Origin: Dehalococcoidia bacterium UBA5620 | GTDB lineage: Bacteria > Chloroflexota > Dehalococcoidia > GIF9 > UBA5629 | Assembly (NCBI GenBank): GCA_002423605.1 | Contig: DIKK01000031.1 | Span: forward strand, 87,847 to 151,846 | Direction: 5' to 3' | Length of the DNA stretch: 64,000 nucleotides | In this document: piece by piece, positions 1-9,213 of the stretch | How the letters are laid out: each line of letters starts with the position of its first letter | Numbering within the stretch: the stretch's first letter is position 1 | The notes under the pieces: model-generated | The model's database searches: none | Told to the model about the DNA's origin: nothing | What the model saw: the letters and a program-made list of their open reading frames with translations, nothing else | Program-made: the position numbers and the translations under genes

Positions 1-300
1 GGTCCAGTAATATCAAGCATCGAAGCAGACACTCCTGTCATTTACCCTCTGGGTTATTCCGGGATCAAATGCGTGGCTTCGGATCCAAAAGGTGGTGCGT
101 TGAAATACACGTGGTCATCTACAGATGGCAAATTTAGTGGGGAGGGAGCCGTCGTTCGGTGGGATGCCCCGGCTGATTACGGTGATTATCATCTGATGGT
201 GAGAGTTCAGGATAGCAGCGGCAATAGCACGCAAGCTACTGTAACCGTGAGCGTGGTGGTGAGGCCTCCCGAGGCTTGCTGTGGCGGCAAAGGGCACTAG
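1..300 (+). CDS. C-terminal fragment of a PKD/Ig-like repeat protein (the gene starts upstream of the window)
   Basis: Frame 1 is open from nt 1. The repeat 'ASDPKGGALKYTWSSTDGKFSGEGAVVRWDAPADYGDYHLMVRVQDSSGNS...VTVSV' matches the PKD-like repeats of the paralog at 953-2116. Confidence 0.5.
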   Translation, partial: GPVISSIEADTPVIYPLGYSGIKCVASDPKGGALKYTWSSTDGKFSGEGAVVRWDAPADYGDYHLMVRVQDSSGNSTQATVTVSVVVRPPEACCGGKGH

Positions 301-338
301 CTAGAGCAACGATCGTAATATTCGTAGGGTGGGTTATC

Positions 339-710
339 ATGATGCAGAGATATCTAATCATGTTCGTTGTATTTATGGCATTGTGTGTTTGCATCGCTGG
401 CTGTTCCAGCCCGGAGCCGCAGGGGGATCTCAAGATTCTTAGTGCCGACTTGCGTACGCATGAATTTACCGGCGGCATGCCTCAAAGCACGGCCACGGTG
501 TTAGGCCAGGCGCAGAATGTAGGCACCGCTAGCATCGGTGTCGCTCAAATAACTGTTGAGTTCTATGATGCTGGCGGCAGACTTATTGGTACTGCCTCAA
601 CTACGAAAGATAACCTTAAGCCGGGCGAAGATTGGCAATTCAGCGCGCAGATTGTTGGCCCTGACGCATGGAAGAGCGTGAAATATAAGGCCTCAACCAG
701 CATGAAGTAA
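339..710 (+). CDS. small lipoprotein, hypothetical
   Basis: ORF 276-710. Signal peptide plus lipobox 'ALCVCIAGCSS'. The start is uncertain (ATG 339 or 360). Confidence 0.4.
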   Translation: MMQRYLIMFVVFMALCVCIAGCSSPEPQGDLKILSADLRTHEFTGGMPQSTATVLGQAQNVGTASIGVAQITVEFYDAGGRLIGTASTTKDNLKPGEDWQFSAQIVGPDAWKSVKYKASTSMK

Positions 711-952
711 TGGAAATCCCTCTCAATCTTCCAGTAGCTAATTCTAAATTCCAAGCACCAAATCCGAAGCCGTAAACAAATTCCAATGGCCAAAATCCGA
801 AAATTAGTTAGGGGAGTTTGACTGCGCAAAAAATCCTGCATCTTTTCTCCCCTTGTAGCAGAGGATTAAGGCCGGGGGGTATATTATTAGCATATTGTTG
901 ATGGTGTTAGGTTAATGTATACTTTGTTTATAATCATTGCAAGGAGTAGAAG

Positions 953-2116
953 ATGAAGAAAAGTGCGTTTATATTTTTGGCAATGGCGCTGACAGTGTTG
1001 ATGATAGCATCCGTGCTGGGCAGCGCCTGTGGTCCAAAGCAAACAGCGCCTCAGCCACAGACACCTTCCTCACCTGGCGGCAATCGAGCACCGGTGATCT
1101 CAAATCTGACCGCGGCGAAGCTGCAGGTTTATCCCTCTGGTACTACCGAGATACAGTGCGTTGCCTCAGACCCTGATGGCGACAGGATAGACTTTCAGTG
1201 GAATACCACAGGTGGTAGCTTTAGTGGTGCAGGTCCTACCGTAATCTGGCAGGCTCCCAAGAACTATGGGACATATACTGTTGTAGTCATCGTCAGTGAT
1301 GGCAAAGGCGGCAGCTCACAGTCAAGCCTGAATCTCGCGGTATCTGCTAACCAGAATCCGATTATCAGCAGCTTTAGTGCTAATCCGTCTACCATTTTGT
1401 ACGGAGGCAGCACAACGCTTACCTGTGTGGCCACCGACCCTGAAGGTGATGTCGTCAGGTATAGCTGGACAGCGAGCGAAGGCAATATTACCGGCGTAGG
1501 TGACAAGGTTACCTGGGTAGCGCCGAATAAAGGTGGGGAGTTTACTGTCATAGTTGTTGTTAGTGATGGCAAGGGTGGCGAAACCAGGGGCGACATCAAA
1601 ATAACCGTGACTACAGCCACAAGAATGATAACCATCACGCCGGTTACCCAAGAGACAGGCAGCGTAAGCTCTGATGGTGATAAGGATAACTCCCGGACAT
1701 GGGCCGGTGATGATGAGAAAAACGTTGGTTATTCCACTTTCTGGAGCTATGATATCTGGAGTCTACAGGGTGCTAATATAGAGAACGCCAAGCTTAAATT
1801 CACTACTAGGAATCGTGCCGGTGACCCATTTAGTATGACCACGGGGCTTAAAGGGTTGAGGCTTTGGAATGTCAAATACGGTGACAAGTTGCCCAGTTTC
1901 CAATATACAGGTAACACATTGGAACGCGGAGGTGCCGTTTTTACCAGTCCACCGGTCGAAGTCGATGTAACCCCGGAGATAGGCAATCTGGCCAAAGCAG
2001 CAGCTACGCGTTTTCAGGTGGAGGCTCTGTTCATGAACAGAAGCAACGGCAATAATGTGGCGGAGTGGATTGACTGGTCAAACGTTGTATTGGAAGTCAC
2101 TTATACTGAGAAATAG
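953..2116 (+). CDS. secreted/lipoprotein with three PKD-like repeats and a C-terminal domain of unknown function
   Basis: Signal peptide plus 'LGSACG'. Repeated motif 'DPDGD..F.W....G.FSG.G..V.W.AP...G.Y.V.V.VSDGKGG'. AAGGAG RBS at 941-946. Confidence 0.6.
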   Translation: MKKSAFIFLAMALTVLMIASVLGSACGPKQTAPQPQTPSSPGGNRAPVISNLTAAKLQVYPSGTTEIQCVASDPDGDRIDFQWNTTGGSFSGAGPTVIWQAPKNYGTYTVVVIVSDGKGGSSQSSLNLAVSANQNPIISSFSANPSTILYGGSTTLTCVATDPEGDVVRYSWTASEGNITGVGDKVTWVAPNKGGEFTVIVVVSDGKGGETRGDIKITVTTATRMITITPVTQETGSVSSDGDKDNSRTWAGDDEKNVGYSTFWSYDIWSLQGANIENAKLKFTTRNRAGDPFSMTTGLKGLRLWNVKYGDKLPSFQYTGNTLERGGAVFTSPPVEVDVTPEIGNLAKAAATRFQVEALFMNRSNGNNVAEWIDWSNVVLEVTYTEK

Positions 2117-2139
2117 TTTACCTTGGTTCTAGAGTAATT

Positions 2140-2172
2140 AATGAGGCGACCTGTTGGGTCGCCTCATTTGCT
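2140..2172 (+). terminator. Rho-independent terminator candidate
   Basis: Perfect 11-bp stem 'aatgaggcgac'/'gtcgcctcatt' with a 7-nt loop, then 'tgctg'. The T-tract is weak. Confidence 0.4.
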
Positions 2173-2222
2173 GATAGGCTATTCAACCTTTTGACTTACC
2201 GATACCTTGGTGCTATCATAAG

Positions 2223-2249
2223 TTAGCAGTCTAATGGTGAGAGTGCTAA
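2223..2249 (+). promoter_or_regulatory. CIRCE operator (HrcA binding site)
   Basis: TTAGCAGTC-N9-GAGTGCTAA immediately upstream of hrcA. It matches the CIRCE consensus TTAGCACTC-N9-GAGTGCTAA with one mismatch. Confidence 0.75.
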
Positions 2250-3281
2250 GTGATAAAAGGTTTAGCCAAGAGAAGAGAGACGATTCTCAAAATAATAGTT
2301 AGTGAATATATCGCTACGGCGATTCCTGTGGCTTCTGATACTGTTTTTCGCAGCTATGATTTGGGGGTGAGCCCGGCAACGATCCGCAACGATATGGCAT
2401 ATTTAGAAGAGGAAGGGTATATTACTCGCCCTCATACTTCTGCCGGCACCATACCTCTGGATAAGGGCTACCGCTACTATGTAGAGTCTCTTACCAAGTA
2501 TGTGAAGCTACCGCAGGGCGAACAACGCCGTATTCGCAGTATGTTTCATGGGGTAGAAGATGAGTTTGAGGAATGGATGAAGTTGGCGGCAGCTATTGTA
2601 GCACGTTTTGTCAGAAATGCTGCACTGGTTACCTTTCCTAAGTCTGAGCAATCGCGTTTCAGACATCTGGAACTCGTAATTATACATGAGTTTTTAGCCT
2701 TGCTCATCCTGGTGCTAAGCGATACCATGCTAAAGCGGCAGCTCCTATCTTTTAATGAGCCTGTTACCCAAGAGCAACTCACCAGCCTGGCTAATAAGCT
2801 GAGTACCGCTTATTCAGGCTTGACCATCTCTGAGATTACGGCTAAAAAACTACCGTTGCCCTCTCTAGAGGACCAAATAGCCGGGACTGTGGTGAATATG
2901 ATGTCTGTTGAGGATAAGCTTGACTATGAAGAGCCTTACCTTGATGGTTTACGCTTGATGTTAAGCCAGCCTGAGTTTGTGGGCAAGGACAGGATGTTGA
3001 GCCTAATGGAGCTTATGGAAGCCAAGGGATGGTTGGGTTCGTTATTATCGCAGCAAGCTGATGAGGAAGGGGTTCAGGTCTTGATAGGCGAAGAAAATCA
3101 AGACAAAGCCTTGCGTGATTTAAGCCTTGTTTTTAGTCGATATGGCGTTCCGGGTAGTGTTAGTGGCGCTGTGTTGGTGGTCGGACCGACTCGTATGGAT
3201 TACCGTCGCGCTATTTCCTCAGTGGGATATGTGTCAGATGTATTAAGTGATTTGATGTCAGGGGTCTATCGCGGTGCTTAG
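2250..3281 (+). CDS. hrcA: heat-inducible transcription repressor HrcA
   Basis: 343 aa. The N-terminal winged-HTH region 'ILKIIVSEYIATAIPVASDTVFRSYDLGVSPATIRNDMAYLEEEGYITRPHTSAGTIP' is typical of HrcA. GTG start abuts CIRCE. Confidence 0.9.
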   Translation: MIKGLAKRRETILKIIVSEYIATAIPVASDTVFRSYDLGVSPATIRNDMAYLEEEGYITRPHTSAGTIPLDKGYRYYVESLTKYVKLPQGEQRRIRSMFHGVEDEFEEWMKLAAAIVARFVRNAALVTFPKSEQSRFRHLELVIIHEFLALLILVLSDTMLKRQLLSFNEPVTQEQLTSLANKLSTAYSGLTISEITAKKLPLPSLEDQIAGTVVNMMSVEDKLDYEEPYLDGLRLMLSQPEFVGKDRMLSLMELMEAKGWLGSLLSQQADEEGVQVLIGEENQDKALRDLSLVFSRYGVPGSVSGAVLVVGPTRMDYRRAISSVGYVSDVLSDLMSGVYRGA

Positions 3282-3321
3282 TATTAGTAATAGGTTACTT
3301 TGATAATTAAGGAGGATTGTA

Positions 3322-3870
3322 TTGGCTGAAGAGGAGAGAAAACAGGCTGGCGAAGATGTAGCAGAGCTGTCTGAAGAAAGCAGTAACGATGTGGAAATAC
3401 TAAAGCGAGAGAGAGATAAATGGAAGGGAAAGGCTGACGAGTATCTGGCTGGCTGGCAAAGGGCACAGGCTGACTTTGAGAACTACAAGAAGCGTACCGA
3501 GCAGGAAAGGAGCGAGCAGATTAACTGGGCTAATGCAGTGCTAATCAAGAAATTGTTGCCGGTGCTTGACGATTTGGACCGCGCTTTTGTCAATTTGCCG
3601 CCTGAGGTAAAAGAACCCGAGTGGGCGGAGGGGTTCAAGCTAATACACCGCAAATTTTTGGGCGTTCTGGAATCCGAGGGACTGGTGGAGGTGGAATGTG
3701 TGGGCGAAGAGTTTAATCCTACTATTCACGATGCGGTGATGCAACATGAGGGGAAAGAGGGTGTGGTGCTTGACAAGTTATGCAAGGGCTATAAGCTAAA
3801 AGATAAATGGCTTAGAGCACCGCAGGTGATTGTAGGTAAGGGAGTTGACCCTGCCGCAGAAGAAAAGTAA
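3322..3870 (+). CDS. grpE: nucleotide exchange factor GrpE
   Basis: 182 aa, 'GWQRAQADFENYKKRTEQE'. TTG start 8 nt after GGAGG. Confidence 0.9.
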   Translation: MAEEERKQAGEDVAELSEESSNDVEILKRERDKWKGKADEYLAGWQRAQADFENYKKRTEQERSEQINWANAVLIKKLLPVLDDLDRAFVNLPPEVKEPEWAEGFKLIHRKFLGVLESEGLVEVECVGEEFNPTIHDAVMQHEGKEGVVLDKLCKGYKLKDKWLRAPQVIVGKGVDPAAEEK

Positions 3871-3931
3871 CACGCAGAAATCTAATTTAAGAAAAAACAT
3901 ATTAAGGCGATAGCGTAATAAGGAGGAAAAC

Positions 3932-5833
3932 ATGGGGCGAACAGTAGGCATAGACCTGGGTACTACTTTCAGTCTGGTAGCGATTATTGAGGGCGGCGAC
4001 CCGAAAATCATCCCTAATACGGAAGGCGAAAACCTCACGCCATCGGTGGTTGCCATCGATAAAAAGGGTGAACGGCTGGTGGGTTTGATGGCAAAGCGCC
4101 AGGCGGTCACCAACCCGGAGAACACCGTCTTCAGCATAAAGCGGTTGATGGGTAGAAAATATCGGGATTCTGAAGTTCAGTATGACATGAAGAGGTTGCC
4201 ATACAAGATCGTCGGAGCACCTAATGGCGATGCCAAGGTGGTTATGAGTGGCAAAGAATACAGCCCGCCAGAGATTTCAGCGATGATTTTGCAGAAGCTG
4301 AAGCTGGATGCTGAAGCATACCTTGGGGACAAGGTTACCGATGCCGTGATAACTGTGCCGGCTTACTTCAATGACAGCCAGCGCCAGGCGACTAAGGACG
4401 CCGGCGCTATCGCTGGTTTGAATGTGCTGCGCATTGTCAATGAGCCGACAGCTTCGGCTCTGGCATATGGCCTGGATAAGAAGAAGGACGAGACGATAGC
4501 AGTCTATGACCTTGGTGGCGGTACCTTCGATGTCTCTATACTCGATCTGGGTGAAGGCACCTTCCAGGTTAAATCAACCAACGGCGATACACATCTCGGC
4601 GGCGATGATATTGACCAGAGAATTATGGATTGGCTCTGCGATGAGTTCAAGAAAGAGTCTGGCATAGATTTGAGGCAAGACAGGATGGCGTTGCAGCGGC
4701 TCAAGGATGCCGGAGAGAAAGCCAAGCGGGAACTGTCTACTGTAGGCCAGACCGATATAAACTTGCCTTTTGTCACCGCCGATGCCTCAGGGCCCAAGCA
4801 TTTGAATATAACTCTGACTCGTGCCAAGCTGGAGCAACTGTCTATGGATTTGCTGGAGAGAAGTATGGAGCCTTGCCGCAAGGCATTGGCAGATGCCGGG
4901 TTAACCACGGCACAGATAAGCGATGTCGTTCTCGTTGGCGGTCAGACCAGGATGCCCAAGGTGCAGGATATGGTGCGCCAGTTCTTCGGCAGGGAGCCAG
5001 TGAAAGGCGTCAATCCGGACGAGGCAGTGGCACTGGGCGCTGCTATCCAGGCAGGCGTGTTGAAGGGCGACGTTAAAGACGTTTTGTTGCTTGATGTCAC
5101 ACCTCTGACATTGGGTATAGAGACTCTTGGTGGGGTAGCTACGCCGCTCATCCCGCGCAATACCACTATCCCGACCTCCAAGAGCCAGATTTTTAGCACC
5201 GCGGCTGATAATCAGCCAAGTGTGGAGATTCATGTGCTCCAGGGCGAACGTCCCATGGCCAGCGACAATCGGACGTTAGGGCGGTTCATGCTTGATGGCA
5301 TCTTACCGGCGCCCCGGGGCGTGCCACAGGTCGAAGTTACCTTCGATATCGATGCCAACGGCATCTTGAATGTCCGTGCTCAGGATAAAGGCACGGGCAA
5401 GGAGCAAAAGATTACCATCACTGCTTCCAGTGGCTTGAGCAAGCCAGAAGTCGAGAAGATGGCAAGAGAGGCCGAAGCACATGCTGCCGAGGATTCAAGG
5501 AAGAAAGAGGAGGTGGAGGCTCGCAATATGGCTGATACGCTGGTGTACACTGCCGAGCGAACTATCCGTGAGCAGGGAGACAAGATACCTGCTGATTTGA
5601 AGCAGCAGGTGGATGGCAAGATAGCTGCAGTGCGCTCTGCCCTTCAGGGCACAGACGCTAACTATATCCGCAGCGCTACGCAAGAGCTATCTGATGTGAT
5701 GCAGAAAATCGGCTCTGCAGTGTATCAACAGCCCGGGGCACCACCGCCACCCCCTCCGGATGGAGGCGCTCCTGGTGATGATCGGCCCGGAGGCGAGGGG
5801 GGGACTGTTGAGGGTGAGTTCAGGGAAGTATAA
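3932..5833 (+). CDS. dnaK: molecular chaperone DnaK (Hsp70)
   Basis: 633 aa, '[13 protein letters not shown]', '[12 protein letters not shown]', '[15 protein letters not shown]'. GGAGG RBS. Confidence 0.95.
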   Translation: MGRTVGIDLGTTFSLVAIIEGGDPKIIPNTEGENLTPSVVAIDKKGERLVGLMAKRQAVTNPENTVFSIKRLMGRKYRDSEVQYDMKRLPYKIVGAPNGDAKVVMSGKEYSPPEISAMILQKLKLDAEAYLGDKVTDAVITVPAYFNDSQRQATKDAGAIAGLNVLRIVNEPTASALAYGLDKKKDETIAVYDLGGGTFDVSILDLGEGTFQVKSTNGDTHLGGDDIDQRIMDWLCDEFKKESGIDLRQDRMALQRLKDAGEKAKRELSTVGQTDINLPFVTADASGPKHLNITLTRAKLEQLSMDLLERSMEPCRKALADAGLTTAQISDVVLVGGQTRMPKVQDMVRQFFGREPVKGVNPDEAVALGAAIQAGVLKGDVKDVLLLDVTPLTLGIETLGGVATPLIPRNTTIPTSKSQIFSTAADNQPSVEIHVLQGERPMASDNRTLGRFMLDGILPAPRGVPQVEVTFDIDANGILNVRAQDKGTGKEQKITITASSGLSKPEVEKMAREAEAHAAEDSRKKEEVEARNMADTLVYTAERTIREQGDKIPADLKQQVDGKIAAVRSALQGTDANYIRSATQELSDVMQKIGSAVYQQPGAPPPPPPDGGAPGDDRPGGEGGTVEGEFREV

Positions 5834-5858
5834 GTTCTGATATTTACTCTCGATAATT

Positions 5859-5904
5859 GATGGCGGATGTTGCTCCAAAACGACATCCGCCATCTTATTT
5901 TATT
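5859..5904 (+). terminator. Rho-independent terminator after dnaK
   Basis: 12-bp stem 'gatggcggatgt'/'acatccgccatc' followed by 'ttattttatt'. Confidence 0.65.
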
Positions 5905-5963
5905 ATTGACAGCGTAGCCCAAAATCAATATTATAGTGACAAACTAAAGGAGGACAGATTTAT

Positions 5964-6119
5964 ATGGCTAAAAAGAGTATTTCCATAAGCGGTGTGGCCA
6001 TGGGGGTTATAGCTCTAGTAGCAGGTGTGTTGATCTTGTTTAACTGGCTACCTTTGCAATGGGTTGTGGGTATTTTCCTTATCGTCTGGGGTATTCTGGC
6101 TATAATTGACAACAGATAA
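5964..6119 (+). CDS. small (51 aa) two-TM membrane protein, DUF3096-like
   Basis: Not in the ORF track (<60 aa). AAGGAGG at 5948-5953. Translation: MAKKSISISGVAMGVIALVAGVLILFNWLPLQWVVGIFLIVWGILAIIDNR. Confidence 0.5.
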   Translation: MAKKSISISGVAMGVIALVAGVLILFNWLPLQWVVGIFLIVWGILAIIDNR

Positions 6120-6159
6120 TATTTTTTGATAGCTATAAGATTAAGGAGGTAGTGTTCTA

Positions 6160-6303
6160 ATGTTTCAAGTGAGCGGCCTACTATGGGGTATCATCACTCT
6201 CATCTTCGGTATCGTCGTTATGATTTTTCCCAGGATACTTAATTACCTGATTGGGATTTATCTCATCATCATTGGAATATGGGCCATTATCCAGGCACTG
6301 TAG
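6160..6303 (+). CDS. small (47 aa) two-TM membrane protein, a paralog of 5964-6119 (DUF3096-like)
   Basis: AAGGAGG at 6144-6149. Translation: MFQVSGLLWGIITLIFGIVVMIFPRILNYLIGIYLIIIGIWAIIQAL. The 'P..L(N)..(I/V)GI.LI..GI.AII' pattern is shared with the upstream copy. Confidence 0.5.
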   Translation: MFQVSGLLWGIITLIFGIVVMIFPRILNYLIGIYLIIIGIWAIIQAL

Positions 6304-6495
6304 TGCATATCCTTCTCTCTCCTGGCGGGATGGAGTTAAAGTAAAATCTCTTTGCCATTTGCATCTTAACTTTGTGCATCTCTCACTTATATTTTCCCAT
6401 CAAGGTAGAGGAATGGATATGTAGGGGATTTGCTAAGTTTGTCTTGCTTGTTGGCATAGGTTAGAATATGCTCTAAATAGTGGATAGGTGGCGAG

Positions 6496-6870
6496 GTGAA
6501 TAGGTTCGAAGAGCTTTATCAGAACTTGAAAAAAGAGCAGGTTCAATTGCAGCGTGAGCTGGAACAACTCAGGGATGAGATGAAATTGGCTGGTGAGGGG
6601 CGGGAGGGTAGTCCCTTTGGTAAGCGTGAGGAGGAAGCTACTGAGGCCTCTGAGTTAGAGAGAAATCTGATCCTGCAGAGCCGGCTTGAGGATGCGCTGG
6701 CAGAAGTGGAACATGCTATTCGCAAATATGAGGCTGGTACCTACGGCATCTGCGACCTTTGTGGTGGTGCTATAGCGCTAGCTAGGCTTGAGGCGTTGCC
6801 CCAGGCAAGTTTGTGCCTGGAATGCAAGGCATGCCAGACGAAAAATGGCAGGAATAAATCGGTACGGTAA
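6496..6870 (+). CDS. DksA/TraR-family C4 zinc-finger protein
   Basis: Coiled-coil N-terminus plus 'CDLCGGAIALARLEALPQASLCLEC' (C-x2-C-x17-C-x2-C). GTG start. Overlaps the lspA start. Confidence 0.65.
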   Translation: MNRFEELYQNLKKEQVQLQRELEQLRDEMKLAGEGREGSPFGKREEEATEASELERNLILQSRLEDALAEVEHAIRKYEAGTYGICDLCGGAIALARLEALPQASLCLECKACQTKNGRNKSVR

Positions 6871-7399
6871 TTGGTGGCGTGGAGGGCTATTCCTGCTTGT
6901 TGCCGTATTCGTGGTGGTGGCAGATCGGATCACTAAGTCTTGGATTGTGTCTAATTTGCCCCTGGGTGAATCCTTTCCTGAAGTCGGCTGCCTGAGCATA
7001 GCCCATGTGCAAAATACAGGGGCGGCTTGGGGTCTCTTTGCCAATCAGTCCGTCTTACTCAGCATAGTAGCCATAATCGGTATAATTGTTATCCTGGTGT
7101 TCTATCGTTATCTTTCCGAATACGGTATTTTGGGCACATTAGCGCTGGGCCTCGTTTTCGGTGGTGCTACGGGCAATCAGATAGACCGAATTGCTCTTGG
7201 CTACGTTACTGATTTTATACGCGTTCGGTTATGGGATAATGTTTACTGGCCGACATTCAATGTTGCCGATTCGGCTATAACCGTGGGCACAATTGCCCTT
7301 GTCTGTTTTATTTTTCTGACGCTGAGAAGAGATGATGGTAGACCCCATACCGGAAATGAAAAAAATCCAGGTCGCCGATCCAGCAGGGCGTCTGGATAA
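6845..7399 (+). CDS. lspA: lipoprotein signal peptidase (signal peptidase II)
   Basis: 'HVQNTGAAWGLF', 'NQIDRIALGYVTDFI', 'WPTFNVADSAITVG'. The start at ATG 6845 is in frame within ORF 6788-7399. Confidence 0.8.
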   Translation: MAGINRYGNWWRGGLFLLVAVFVVVADRITKSWIVSNLPLGESFPEVGCLSIAHVQNTGAAWGLFANQSVLLSIVAIIGIIVILVFYRYLSEYGILGTLALGLVFGGATGNQIDRIALGYVTDFIRVRLWDNVYWPTFNVADSAITVGTIALVCFIFLTLRRDDGRPHTGNEKNPGRRSSRASG

Positions 7400-8246
7400 A
7401 TACCTGACCAGAGAATATCCTGAATTATCACGCTCTCGCCTTCAGGCTTTGATCGTGCGGGGATATGTCCTGGTTAATGGCTGTGGCGCCAAGCCGGGAC
7501 AGAGACTGAATCCGGGCGACACAATACAGATCACTTTGCCACCTCGGCAGAACGACCTTCCCGTTGCTGAAGATATGCCGCTGGACATCGTCTATGAGGA
7601 TGCTGATGTCATAGTGGTGAACAAGCCGGCAGGACTGGCTGTTCACCCTGCCCCGGGGCATGTCAGCCATACCCTGGTTAACGCGTTGTTGGCGCATTAC
7701 CCCGGTTTGCATGATGTTGGTGATATTATACGGCCGGGCATCGTTCATCGCCTGGACAAAGATACTTCGGGGCTGATGATTGTGGCCAAGAATAGTTACG
7801 CTCAGCAGTGTCTGATTGACCAGTTCAAGTCCAGGCTGGTGTCCAAGGCCTACCTTGTTCTGGTGAAAGGTAAACTGATGCCCCAGCAGGGCATTATTGA
7901 AGCTCCTGTTGGCCGGGACCCAACGCACCGTAAGCGCATGGCTGTGGTGACAGGTGGCAAAGATGGCAGGACAAGATATAAGGTCAGGGAGTATCTCGAT
8001 GATTACACGTTGCTTGAAGTCCATACTGAGACCGGGCGGACGCACCAGATACGGGTTCACCTTTCGGCTATAGGTTATCCTGTGGTCGGCGATAAGGTGT
8101 ATGGGGTCAAATCGGCATATCTCAAAAGACAGTTTGTTCATGCTCAGCAGTTGGGTTTAAAGATGCCTGATGGCGAGTATCGGGAGTTCACCTGCGAGTT
8201 GCCATCAGACTTAAGGGTAGCCCTTGAATTTATCAGTAAGCATTAG
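7332..8246 (+). CDS. rluD: RluA-family 23S rRNA pseudouridine synthase (RluD-like)
   Basis: S4-like N-terminus, 'VVNKPAGLAVHPAPGH', 'HRLDKDTSGLMIVAKN'. An alternative start is ATG 7356. Confidence 0.8.
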   Translation: MMVDPIPEMKKIQVADPAGRLDKYLTREYPELSRSRLQALIVRGYVLVNGCGAKPGQRLNPGDTIQITLPPRQNDLPVAEDMPLDIVYEDADVIVVNKPAGLAVHPAPGHVSHTLVNALLAHYPGLHDVGDIIRPGIVHRLDKDTSGLMIVAKNSYAQQCLIDQFKSRLVSKAYLVLVKGKLMPQQGIIEAPVGRDPTHRKRMAVVTGGKDGRTRYKVREYLDDYTLLEVHTETGRTHQIRVHLSAIGYPVVGDKVYGVKSAYLKRQFVHAQQLGLKMPDGEYREFTCELPSDLRVALEFISKH

Positions 8247-8319
8247 GGAATGGAGGTCCTGATTTATTGATTTGGGGCACAGTAATGTGTTAAATTGTAG
8301 CTAATCGGGGGATACGATA

Positions 8320-8601
8320 ATGAAGGATGAGGAAAAGTCTTACGGTCAGATTAAAAAAGACCAAATGGGGCGTGAGAGTGAATTGTATTCACAGATGAGT
8401 GGCAAAGGCGGCGAGTATGGTGATTTGGAGACCTTCGAGGCAGATTCGGCCATTCGGAGAAATGAGCTGCTGTTCAAGATCAATACGGATATGGAGGATG
8501 CCAGAAACGCTTTGAAGCAAGCTGAACAATTGTGCGAGCGTTTGAGAAAGCGTGTGGCCGAGCTCGAGGGCATGTATCGTATCCTGACCAAGAAGAAATA
8601 A
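8320..8601 (+). CDS. hypothetical coiled-coil protein
   Basis: 93 aa, charged and helical, no recognisable motif. Confidence 0.3.
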   Translation: MKDEEKSYGQIKKDQMGRESELYSQMSGKGGEYGDLETFEADSAIRRNELLFKINTDMEDARNALKQAEQLCERLRKRVAELEGMYRILTKKK

Positions 8602-8679
8602 ATCTAAGATCCCTCTCAATCTCAATTCTGTTTTCTTGGCGGAGTCGAAGAATACAGGAAGCTTTAACAGGAGTCAGGG

Positions 8680-9213
8680 TTGGAAAAGAAGCCAAAAGAA
8701 TATGCACTGGAATATGCTGGCTTCTGGGTAAGGCTGGGGGCAATCGTTACCGACATGGTGGTTTTGCTGCTTACCTATGCTATATTCTTAAAGCTTGCGA
8801 CCTTGATAGTTTCTTTCTCTATGGTGAATGTATTTGGCTCGCTGTGCTGGGATGTTGGCTTGATTAAAGGGCTTTTCCTGAATCCACTATTCTTGCTGGC
8901 GGCGTTTGTCATAAAAATCGCATATTTTGTTGGCTTCTGGACATGGCGGGGGCAGACGCCCGGGAAAATGCTGCTGGGAATAAAGGTAATCCGCACGGAT
9001 AGCTCTCCGGTTACACTGGGGCATGCCTTTTTACGGTATTTGGGCTACATCGTTTCAGCGCTGACTTTGTACATCGGCTTTATCTGGGTTGCTTTCGATG
9101 AACACAAGCAAGGGCTGCATGATAAAATTGCCGATACTTATGTGGTGAAGTTACCTGTGAGGCAGGTGGTATTGGCGCAGACATATGCCAGGACTGGAGC
9201 CCACCTTGCCTGA
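8680..9213 (+). CDS. RDD-family membrane protein
   Basis: 'WVRLGAIVTDMVVLLL', 'WRGQTPGKMLLGIKVIRTD', 'HDKIADTYVV'. TTG start. Confidence 0.65.
   Translation: MEKKPKEYALEYAGFWVRLGAIVTDMVVLLLTYAIFLKLATLIVSFSMVNVFGSLCWDVGLIKGLFLNPLFLLAAFVIKIAYFVGFWTWRGQTPGKMLLGIKVIRTDSSPVTLGHAFLRYLGYIVSALTLYIGFIWVAFDEHKQGLHDKIADTYVVKLPVRQVVLAQTYARTGAHLA

Noticed and set aside
716-729. 14-mer 'ATCCCTCTCAATCT' repeated at 8609-8622
   Set aside because: Exact 14-mers are expected by chance several times in 64 kb. I kept it only as a low-interest note because both copies follow stop codons.
4873-5233. Several 60-110-aa ORFs inside dnaK on both strands
   Set aside because: Embedded in or antisense to a highly conserved gene with Arg/Gly-rich nonsense translations.
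7428-8141. 237-aa minus-strand ORF
   Set aside because: Lies entirely antisense within rluD and has a low-complexity translation. It is a shadow ORF.
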